From Thermodesulfobacterium commune DSM 2178 (GTDB lineage: Bacteria; Desulfobacterota; Thermodesulfobacteria; Thermodesulfobacteriales; Thermodesulfobacteriaceae): DNA of 32,000 bases. Within the stretch, counting starts at the first letter, position 1. Each line of letters opens with the position of its first letter. The DNA lies in contig NZ_CP008796.1 in NCBI RefSeq assembly GCF_000734015.1, positions 1,650,001 through 1,682,000 of the forward strand, read 5' to 3'. A model generated the notes under the pieces. It was not told the DNA's origin. It did not search any database and saw only the letters and a program-made list of their open reading frames with translations. Below, piece after piece: positions 8,743 through 16,469 of this stretch. Made by a program: the position numbers and the translations under genes.

Positions 8743-10102
8743 AATCTTTTTCCTCTTCTTCCTGGTTAGAAATTCTAGAAAGAAGCCCATGGTGTTTCAT
8801 CTTAGTCCTCAGTTGTTTTCTTGAGATGCCTAACAACTGAGCCGCTTTAGTTTGGTTCCATCCAGTTTCTTCTAATGCTTTAAGGATAAGACTTTTTTCC
8901 ATTTCTAATAAGTTTAAGGTATTTGAGGGAGAAATTTCTTTTTCTTTTGAGCCTAAAATTCTTTTTGGGAGATGCTTTAGGGAAATTACTCCAGAGGTAG
9001 AAAGAATAACCGCTCTTTCTATCACATGCATAAGTTCTCTTACATTGCCAGGCCATTCGTAGTTTATCAACATGTCCATCACCTCAGGTTCTACCATCGG
9101 TATAGGACGATTGTTTTCCTTAGCAAATTTTTGGACAAAATGCTGTATAAGAAGAGGAATATCTTCTTTTCTTTCCCTAAGGGGAGGTAGGTGCACCCTT
9201 ACTACGTTAAGCCTCCAGTATAGGTCTTCTCTGAAAGAGCCTTCTTTAACCGCGTTTTCGAGATCTCTGTTGGTAGCAGCAATCACCCTTACATCAACCT
9301 TGATTTTGTTAAGTCCTCCCAACCTTTGAAATTCCTTTTCTTGCAAGAATCTTAAAAACTTTTTTTGTAGACTTGTAGGTAATTCTCCTATCTCGTCTAA
9401 AAATACAGTGCCCCCGTTAGCTAACTCTAAAAGTCCTATTTTTTTCTCTGTAGCTCCGGTAAATGCTCCTTTTTCGTATCCAAAAAGTTCGCTTTCTAAA
9501 AGATTCTCTGGAAGGGTAGTGCAGTCAACCACTATAAACGGACGGTCTTTTCTTTTGGAGAGCCTATGGATTGCCCTTGCTATCAGTTCTTTACCTGTAC
9601 CAGATTCTCCAGTAATAAGCACGTTAGAGTTACTATCAGCTACCATTTCTATTATATAAAAAATTTCTTTCATTACCGAACTTTTAGCTATGATCTCTGG
9701 AAATTTATGAGAGATATCTTCTTTATAGTCTAATTTTTCATGTTTAGAGATGGCATCTTTGATTACCTCAACCAGAAGGTTAGGGTCAACAGGTTTTACC
9801 AGATAATGAAAAGCCCCTAATTTCATAGCCTCTACAGCTTTTTCGATCGTTCCATAAGCAGTAAGCATGATTACCGGCAATACGATGTTTTCTTTTTTTA
9901 GCCACCTTAACATTTCTATCCCATCCATCCCAGGAAGCCTATAATCGAGAAGTAGACAGTGAGGTTTGTGTTTTCTAAGCTGAAAAATACCCTCTTCTAC
10001 AGTTTGGGCGGTTATTATAGTGTAATCATGTTTTTTGAGGATGGTAGAAATGGTTTTTAGACTGTTTATCTCATCATCTATAAAAAGTATTTTATAGTTC
10101 AT
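8741..10102 (-). CDS. Sigma-54-dependent response regulator (NtrC/AtoC family: REC + AAA+ + Fis-type HTH)
   Basis: Receiver domain (LLLDYRLPGMDG). Walker A GESGTGKE. The GAFTGA sigma54-contact loop (YEKGAFTGA). C-terminal HTH (AAQLLGISRKQLRTKMKHHGL). Confidence 0.93.
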   Translation of the reverse strand: MNYKILFIDDEINSLKTISTILKKHDYTIITAQTVEEGIFQLRKHKPHCLLLDYRLPGMDGIEMLRWLKKENIVLPVIMLTAYGTIEKAVEAMKLGAFHYLVKPVDPNLLVEVIKDAISKHEKLDYKEDISHKFPEIIAKSSVMKEIFYIIEMVADSNSNVLITGESGTGKELIARAIHRLSKRKDRPFIVVDCTTLPENLLESELFGYEKGAFTGATEKKIGLLELANGGTVFLDEIGELPTSLQKKFLRFLQEKEFQRLGGLNKIKVDVRVIAATNRDLENAVKEGSFREDLYWRLNVVRVHLPPLRERKEDIPLLIQHFVQKFAKENNRPIPMVEPEVMDMLINYEWPGNVRELMHVIERAVILSTSGVISLKHLPKRILGSKEKEISPSNTLNLLEMEKSLILKALEETGWNQTKAAQLLGISRKQLRTKMKHHGLLSRISNQEEEEKD

Positions 10103-11693
10103 GCCTTATCGGGAGGAAAACTTTAAATTCTGTCCCTTCTTCTTTTTTACTGAAAACAGATATCTTGCCTCCATGTTCTCTAACGATTTTTTCTACACAA
10201 GCAAGTCCCAGTCCTGATCCTGTAACTTTAGTAGTAAAAAACGGTTCAAATACCTTATCTAACAACTCCTCTGGGATCCCTTCGCCGGTATCTTTTACAG
10301 AAATAACTACCAATCCCCCTTCTCTTTGTGTCGCAACCGAGATTTTATCTCCTTTTTTCGTAGCGTCTCCAGCGTTTACCAAAAGGTTCAACACCACCTG
10401 TTTGAGTTGATAGGGGTCAAAATAAAACTCAGGTATAGAAGGATCTAAACTTAATTCTATTTGTTTTCCTTCTTCTTCAAACTCAGGTTTCACCAAATTT
10501 ATTATTTCTTTTATGATATTATTAATCTGCGTTTTTTCAAGTTTTAAAGGAACAGGCCTTGCATAAGTTAAAAAACCGGTGATCAGTTCATTTAATCTTT
10601 GGGTTTCTTTGTCTATGATAGAAAGAAATTCCTGCAAAATTTTACCTTTAAAGTTGGTTTTAAGGTAAGAACAAGCAGCCTTAATAGAGTTTAACGGATT
10701 TTTGATTTCATGAGCAACCACCATGGCCATCTCTGAAACCGCAGAATATTTTTCAAGCTTAATTTTTTCTTTGGTGGCTTTATCAAGTTGTTCCATATAA
10801 GACCTTAGGTCTGCTACCATCTTATTAAAACTTTCTATTACATAACCTAACTCATCACCACATGAATACTTATAAACAAAACAGTCTTCACACTCAATTT
10901 TTAAAACACTCTTACACCATTTTTTCGAATCTTCGTTAAGCCAACATCTGGTTTTTCCGTAAGAAGGGCATTGATAATCTTTACACTGGTAAAAGTCTTT
11001 ACATAAAATAAGGTTTTCGTTTTCACAAAATTCAAACTCGTTAGCCTGCATTTTTTGAATACTTTTTTTAAGTTTGTTTAGTGGCTTGGTTAGGGTGATA
11101 GAAATAAAATAGGAAACTACAAGTGCTGCCAACAGAAACCCACCTGACACAAAAAGCATATAATTTTTTAACGTCCTTACGGATTGTTCTATAAAATCAT
11201 TGATGTCTGCCTCTGAAACTCCTACCCTAACCGCACCTAAAGAAAAGTCTTCCTTGAAAACCGGACGGTTAAAGTGTTTTATCCCATTATTATCTAAACT
11301 TTCCCAGGTTTTGAAGGTAGAATCATTTACAGGAATAAATTGGCCTAATTGAGAAGGGTTGGTATGGGCTACTATCCTTCCGTTTTTATCAACAACCATC
11401 ACATATACTATCCCTGGAAGGTTTTTTAGAGAACTTACCTTTTCTTCCAGTTTAAGAGGGTCAAAAAAGACCAACCAGTCTACCACCTCTAAAGAAAAGT
11501 TTTCTAAGTTATGGTTTAGTCCTTCATAATATTGTTTTTTTAAGGAGTTTTTTTGGTAGTTTATTATCAAAACATTTACGCTAAAAAGTAATAAGGTTAT
11601 CAAAAACAAAAAAGAAAGAAAGATTCTGCTTTTAATGCTAAAACTTCTTAAAAGTTTATAAAAAGGTGATAAAAAATCTTTACGGATTAACAT
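10092..11693 (-). CDS. Sensor histidine kinase: 2 TM, periplasmic sensor domain, HAMP split by a Cys-rich insert, HisKA and HATPase_c
   Basis: TM1 IFLSFLFLITLLLFSVNVLII and TM2 FVSGGFLLAALVVSYFISI. HAMP halves are TKPLNKLKKSIQKMQANEFEF and GDELGYVIESFNKMVADL. H-box VVAHEIKNPLNSI, N-box LLVNAGDAT, G-boxes DTGEGI and GSGLGL. The stop overlaps the RR start by 11 nt. Confidence 0.92.
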   Translation of the reverse strand: MLIRKDFLSPFYKLLRSFSIKSRIFLSFLFLITLLLFSVNVLIINYQKNSLKKQYYEGLNHNLENFSLEVVDWLVFFDPLKLEEKVSSLKNLPGIVYVMVVDKNGRIVAHTNPSQLGQFIPVNDSTFKTWESLDNNGIKHFNRPVFKEDFSLGAVRVGVSEADINDFIEQSVRTLKNYMLFVSGGFLLAALVVSYFISITLTKPLNKLKKSIQKMQANEFEFCENENLILCKDFYQCKDYQCPSYGKTRCWLNEDSKKWCKSVLKIECEDCFVYKYSCGDELGYVIESFNKMVADLRSYMEQLDKATKEKIKLEKYSAVSEMAMVVAHEIKNPLNSIKAACSYLKTNFKGKILQEFLSIIDKETQRLNELITGFLTYARPVPLKLEKTQINNIIKEIINLVKPEFEEEGKQIELSLDPSIPEFYFDPYQLKQVVLNLLVNAGDATKKGDKISVATQREGGLVVISVKDTGEGIPEELLDKVFEPFFTTKVTGSGLGLACVEKIVREHGGKISVFSKKEEGTEFKVFLPIRHEL

Positions 11694-13335
11694 ATCTTTT
11701 TATAGGTTCAAATTCTTTATCTTCCACAGGTTTAAATTTTTTTACTTTCAGGTTTTTCAGGATAGAAGCAGGTAGATGAATGAGTGATTCTTGGACTTTT
11801 TTGGCAAGGTCCTTGTCTGCTTTAACCACCGCCCATGGCCAGTTTGGTAAAAACTCTGTTGGGGTCAAAACTTTTATCTGAGAAAGATCTACTTCTTTTC
11901 CAAAAACACCAAGAGCTGCCTCTCTTATGAACCCTGCGTCTGCTTCTTTTTTATACACCCCGATGATTACCCTTTCTTGCCTTTTTACATCTACTAACCG
12001 AAAATCTCGCCTTAAATTGTATCCTCTCTTTTCTAAATAAATTTTTTGCGAAAGAAATCCTCCAGCAGAATAGGGAGAAACTATGAAAATTCTTTTGTTT
12101 TTTAAATTTTCTATCTTTTTAATCGGGCTATCTTTTCTTACGATAATAACACCTCTAAACCTGTCTCCTCCACATACCTCACTTGGTTCATCTATACAAT
12201 CTTCTCCCACAGTTAGGGCTATGGCTTTTGCATGCCCAGATTTCGACAGAAGAGCATAAACATAGGGATTTTGATAGGCAAAGTGTACTTCTTTTTTCTT
12301 TACTAAGGTGATAAATTCTTCGAAATTTTTAGGGATGACAATTTTAAACTCCTTTCCTGTCTTTTCTGAAAGATACTTCATCAAAGGATCAAACCTCTGA
12401 TAGATAGTAAGCGGACTGTAAAGAGGTAAAATGGCAACCTTTATGGTATCAGGCCCGTATTTTATTAAATCCTTTCCTTTAAATAATTTTATCAGTACTC
12501 TTATGTAGTCAAAGTCTCTGTCTTCAGCAGGCACAAGTTTTTCTATCTGCAGGTTAGTTAAAACCTCTTTAGGAAGAGACACAAGGATTTCTTTTAATAA
12601 CTGTTTCTCTTTTAAAGCAGAGGTTGAAGCAATCAAAAATACAGGCACTTTTTCAGAGGACTTTATTACTTTAAGACCTGAGGTTAAATAAGGTTTGGCT
12701 ATCGATTCACTTAAGGCTCCTACCTCATAATCTCCTATCAATACAGAGAGAGCAATCCTTTTTTCCTGACCTAAAAAATCTACCTTAGAAAAGTCTTTTA
12801 AAGAAAGTTCTAAGTCTTTTAGCATGGACAAAGGGATTAGATAACTGAAAGAAGAATTTTTATCCCCTAAGGCAAGCCGTTTGTTAACAGCATCAAAAAT
12901 CCTTTCTATTCCTGAATTTTCTTTGGTTACAAAAATGCTGCTTGCCTCTCCCTGTCCTCCCTTGGGCTTAACTAGAGGAAAAATCTTTTGAGGATAAAGG
13001 GCCTTTAATTCGCAGTAAAAAGCTGGGTCTATCATTAGAAGATGTAGTTTATCCTCTGCCACTTTTTGGGTTAGCTCTTCAAAGTTGGCTGAGATGTCTA
13101 TCGAAACAGGTTTTTTAAGTTGATTTTCTAAATAGGTTTTTAAAGGATAAAGCTGTAAAAAGGTTTGTTGAGGAGAGCTTACGTTTAAGACCCCTATAAC
13201 TAAAGGAGGTCCGTTTAAAACCTCCGAGGGCTTATTTTCCTGAGTTTGTCTTCCTTTGTCTTTAAAACACCCGGATAATAAAAACCCTAAGAAGATGGTT
13301 AAAAATAGAGCCCAAAACCTATTTCTTTTTAACAT
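11680..13335 (-). CDS. Lipoprotein with two tandem PhnD-like (phosphonate/oxyanion ABC-type) periplasmic binding domains
   Basis: Signal peptide plus lipobox (FLGFLLSGC). Two repeats of the PhnD-like pattern occur, for example domain 2: YQNPYVYALL...FRGVIIVRKDSPIKKIENLKNKRIFIVSPYSAGGFLSQKIYLEKRG...EADAGFIREAAL. It is 551 aa, about twice a single PBP. No ABC permease or ATPase is nearby. It overlaps the HK start by 14 nt. Confidence 0.8.
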   Translation of the reverse strand: MLKRNRFWALFLTIFLGFLLSGCFKDKGRQTQENKPSEVLNGPPLVIGVLNVSSPQQTFLQLYPLKTYLENQLKKPVSIDISANFEELTQKVAEDKLHLLMIDPAFYCELKALYPQKIFPLVKPKGGQGEASSIFVTKENSGIERIFDAVNKRLALGDKNSSFSYLIPLSMLKDLELSLKDFSKVDFLGQEKRIALSVLIGDYEVGALSESIAKPYLTSGLKVIKSSEKVPVFLIASTSALKEKQLLKEILVSLPKEVLTNLQIEKLVPAEDRDFDYIRVLIKLFKGKDLIKYGPDTIKVAILPLYSPLTIYQRFDPLMKYLSEKTGKEFKIVIPKNFEEFITLVKKKEVHFAYQNPYVYALLSKSGHAKAIALTVGEDCIDEPSEVCGGDRFRGVIIVRKDSPIKKIENLKNKRIFIVSPYSAGGFLSQKIYLEKRGYNLRRDFRLVDVKRQERVIIGVYKKEADAGFIREAALGVFGKEVDLSQIKVLTPTEFLPNWPWAVVKADKDLAKKVQESLIHLPASILKNLKVKKFKPVEDKEFEPIKRYVNP

Positions 13336-14257
13336 CTTCTAAATACTCTCTAACGCTAAGTGCGGCTACAGCGCCCTCACCACAGGCAATCACTATTTGC
13401 CTAAAGGGTTTACTAACGCAGTCTCCACAGGCAAAAATTCCCTTCTGAGAGGTTTCCATCTTTTTATCTGTAATTATAAAACCGTTAGGGTCTAACTCTA
13501 CGAAACCTTTTAACCAAGAGGTATTAGGCTCATATCCTATAAAAATAAAGACCCCAGAAACTTCTAAATATTTTAGTTCTCCTGTTTTTTTATCTAAAAC
13601 CTTTATCCTTTCTACCTTGTGTTTTCCTTCGATAGCCTCTACGGTCGAGTTCAAGATTATCTCAATCTTAGGGTTTTTAAAAACCAAATTTTGCAAATAG
13701 GCCTCAGCCCTAAACTTATCTCTTCGGTGAATTAAAAAAATCTTCTTTACAAACTTGGTAAGTTCTAAGGCTTCTTTAAGAGCCGAATCTCCACCTCCTA
13801 CTACAGCCACCATCTCATCCTTAAAAAAAGGTCCGTCACAGGTAGCACAAAAAGAAACTCCCTTGCCTATCAATTCCTTTTCCCCAGGAATACCTAATTT
13901 TTTAGGGGATGCCCCTAAAGCTAAGATCACCGCATAACTTAAAACGTAGGTCTTGTCAGAAAACCAGATTTTAAAAAGTTCCTGTTCTTTTTCTATACTA
14001 ACGACTTCTTTTGATAATAAGTTCAACCCTAATCTTTCTACTTGCTTAACCATCTTTTCTATCAAGTCAAACCCTGATATACCTTCAGGAAATCCGGGAT
14101 AGTTTTCTATCTGTTCTGTAAGGACTACCTGACCACCTAAAAAGTTTTTTTCTATAAGTAGAGTGTTTAGCATCCCCCTTTGAGCATAAAGATAGGCAGT
14201 AAGACCTGCAGGCCCTCCACCTATTATGGTTAGATCATAAGTAGTTTGTTGGGTCAT
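13319..14257 (-). CDS. trxB: Thioredoxin-disulfide reductase (low-Mr type)
   Basis: FAD site IIGGGPAGLTA, redox-active CATCDG, NADPH site VVGGGDSALKEA and HRRDKFRA. It is 312 aa. Its 3' end overlaps the PBP start by 17 nt. Confidence 0.92.
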   Translation of the reverse strand: MTQQTTYDLTIIGGGPAGLTAYLYAQRGMLNTLLIEKNFLGGQVVLTEQIENYPGFPEGISGFDLIEKMVKQVERLGLNLLSKEVVSIEKEQELFKIWFSDKTYVLSYAVILALGASPKKLGIPGEKELIGKGVSFCATCDGPFFKDEMVAVVGGGDSALKEALELTKFVKKIFLIHRRDKFRAEAYLQNLVFKNPKIEIILNSTVEAIEGKHKVERIKVLDKKTGELKYLEVSGVFIFIGYEPNTSWLKGFVELDPNGFIITDKKMETSQKGIFACGDCVSKPFRQIVIACGEGAVAALSVREYLEDVKKK

Positions 14258-14270
14258 TTTGGTTTCCCAT

Positions 14271-14298
14271 TTTACTTTTTTTAGTTTTATATTATAAT
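14271..14298 (+). promoter_or_regulatory. Putative sigma70-type promoter for hypB (TTTACT-16 nt-TATAAT) in the trxB/hypB divergent region
   Basis: TATAAT at 14293-14298 and a -35-like TTTACT at 14271-14276. It lies about 30 nt upstream of ATG 14330, with RBS AGAGGTGA at 14318-14325. Pattern match only. Confidence 0.35.
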
Positions 14299-14329
14299 TT
14301 CTTTTTAAATTTTATTAAGAGGTGAAAAG

Positions 14330-15088
14330 ATGTGTAAAGAATGTGGGTGTGGATTGGTTAATCATCCTTCAGAAGGATCGGAAAAACATCATGAACACCA
14401 CCATGGACATACCCATTCCAAGGAAACCTTGCAACTTCTTGAAGACATCATGAAATATAACGAATTTCAGGCAAGACATAACAGGGAACATTTTGAAGAA
14501 TATGGAATTTACGCCATAAACCTTATGAGTGCCCCAGGTTCTGGGAAAACTACCTTGTTAGAAAAAACTATAGAACTTCTTTCAGGAAAGTTAAGGATTG
14601 GGGTGATAGAAGGGGACTTAGAGACAGAAAGAGACGCTGAAAGGATAAGGAAAAAAGGAGTCCCTGTGTATCAAATAACCACAGGCAGTGCCTGCCATTT
14701 AGACGCCTCTTTAATTCATAAAGCTATGCATAAACTTCCGATGGATCAGATCGACCTTCTTTTTGTAGAAAACATAGGGAATCTTGTTTGTCCTGCAAGC
14801 TATGACCTTGGCACCCATCTTAACGTCACCCTTCTTTCAGTGCCTGAAGGAGAAGACAAACCAGAAAAATATCCTCTTATTTTTAAGGTTTCTCAGTTGG
14901 TGGTTATCACCAAGATAGATTTGCTTCCCTACTTTGACTTTGACCTGGAAAAGGTAAAAGCCCAGATACAAAAGATCAATCCTAAGGCTCAGATTATCGC
15001 CCTTTCTGCCAAAACAGGAGAAGGGTTTGACCTTTGGGTTAAATTTTTAGAGGATTCCTATAATCAACATAAAAAATCTCTCAGATAG
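14330..15088 (+). CDS. hypB: Hydrogenase nickel-incorporation GTPase HypB
   Basis: N-terminal CxxCGC (MCKECGCG), His-rich stretch (HHEHHHGHTH), P-loop GSGKTTL, and a CH motif region (TGSACHLDA). Confidence 0.95.
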   Translation: MCKECGCGLVNHPSEGSEKHHEHHHGHTHSKETLQLLEDIMKYNEFQARHNREHFEEYGIYAINLMSAPGSGKTTLLEKTIELLSGKLRIGVIEGDLETERDAERIRKKGVPVYQITTGSACHLDASLIHKAMHKLPMDQIDLLFVENIGNLVCPASYDLGTHLNVTLLSVPEGEDKPEKYPLIFKVSQLVVITKIDLLPYFDFDLEKVKAQIQKINPKAQIIALSAKTGEGFDLWVKFLEDSYNQHKKSLR

Positions 15089-15098
15089 AGGAAAGGTT

Positions 15099-16109
15099 AT
15101 GGGAGTTGAAAAACTTTTGTTAGCTCATGGAGGAGGCGGAGAGGAAACCTTATCTTTGATAAAAGATTTTATTCTCAAATATTTTACCAACCCTATTCTT
15201 GAGCCTCTTGAAGATGCAGCTTTACTAACCAATCAAATTTCTCGATTGGCTTTCACCATAGATGGTTTTACCGTAAAACCTATCTTCTTTAAAGGTGGCA
15301 ACATAGGAAAACTTGCTGTAACTGGCACGGTAAATGATTTAGTGGTAATGGGGGCTAAACCTTTATATCTTACGGTAGGTTTTATCATCGAAGAAGGGTT
15401 TAAAATCAAAGATTTAGAAAAGATTTTACAGTCTATGCAAGAAGAGGCCATAAAAAACGAAATTTACATCGTGGCAGGAGATACAAAAATCGTACCTAAG
15501 TCAGAGGTAGACGGTATTTTTATCACAACCTCAGGTATAGGAGAGGTGATTTATTCAGGCATTTCTTGTAAAAACCTAAAACCAGGAGACGTTATCTTGG
15601 TTTCTGGCCCTATAGGAGACCATGGGGCCTGTATTTTGGCAGAAAGAGAAGGTATAAAAGTAGACATAGAGTTAGAAAGTGACTGCGAAACCCTTTGGCC
15701 TGTGTTAAAACCCCTTTTTGAAAGTGGGATTGAAATCCATGCGATGAGAGACCCAACCCGTGGAGGATTAGCCGCTAATCTTCATGAATGGGCTTATAGT
15801 TCTCAGGTAAATCTGGTGGTAGAGGAAGAAAAAATTCCTGTGAGGCCTCAGGTAAAGGCCTTTTGTGAGGCCCTTGGATTTGAGCCTTATCATTTAGCCT
15901 GTGAAGGAAGAGTAGTAATAGCCTTACCAGAAAAAGATGCCGAAAAGGCTTTAGAAATTTTAAGGTCTCATCCATCTGCAGCTGAAGCTAACATCATAGG
16001 ACAGGTGTTGGACCATAGTTCCTCTCCTCAAGTATATCTCAAAACACTGTATGGCACTCATAGGGTTTTAGAAAATACCTCAGGAGAACTCTTCCCGAGG
16101 ATTTGTTAG
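15099..16109 (+). CDS. hypE: Hydrogenase maturation (carbamoyl dehydratase) protein HypE
   Basis: AIR-synthase-like fold motifs are present. The C-terminus ends ...GELFPRIC, the conserved HypE PRIC motif. It is 336 aa. Confidence 0.93.
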   Translation: MGVEKLLLAHGGGGEETLSLIKDFILKYFTNPILEPLEDAALLTNQISRLAFTIDGFTVKPIFFKGGNIGKLAVTGTVNDLVVMGAKPLYLTVGFIIEEGFKIKDLEKILQSMQEEAIKNEIYIVAGDTKIVPKSEVDGIFITTSGIGEVIYSGISCKNLKPGDVILVSGPIGDHGACILAEREGIKVDIELESDCETLWPVLKPLFESGIEIHAMRDPTRGGLAANLHEWAYSSQVNLVVEEEKIPVRPQVKAFCEALGFEPYHLACEGRVVIALPEKDAEKALEILRSHPSAAEANIIGQVLDHSSSPQVYLKTLYGTHRVLENTSGELFPRIC

Positions 16110-16118
16110 GTAAAGCCT

Positions 16119-16469
16119 ATGCATGAGTTTTTTATCGTTCAAAACGTGATAAAAACCGTAGAAGACTTGATGGTTAATCACCCTAAGAAAAAAGTAGTAA
16201 AGGCGGTTTTGTTAATAGGAAGATTTTCTGGGGTTGAGCCTGAGTTATTACAAACCGCCCTTGATTTTTTTAAACAAGGAAGCGTTTTAAAAGATGCAGA
16301 AATCGTGATAGAAATAGAAGACCTTAGGATGAGATGTCAGAAATGTCAGCAAGAATTTTCAAAAGAGAAATGGGATCTTACCTGTCCTTTTTGTGGCTCT
16401 TTTGAAACTGAGGTTCTTTCAGGAGAAGAGATGTTACTCAAAAGCTTAGAACTGGTCGATGAGGATTAG
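16119..16469 (+). CDS. hypA: Hydrogenase nickel insertion protein HypA
   Basis: N-terminal MHE nickel site. Zinc site CQKCQ...CPFCGS. It is 116 aa. Confidence 0.92.
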   Translation: MHEFFIVQNVIKTVEDLMVNHPKKKVVKAVLLIGRFSGVEPELLQTALDFFKQGSVLKDAEIVIEIEDLRMRCQKCQQEFSKEKWDLTCPFCGSFETEVLSGEEMLLKSLELVDED

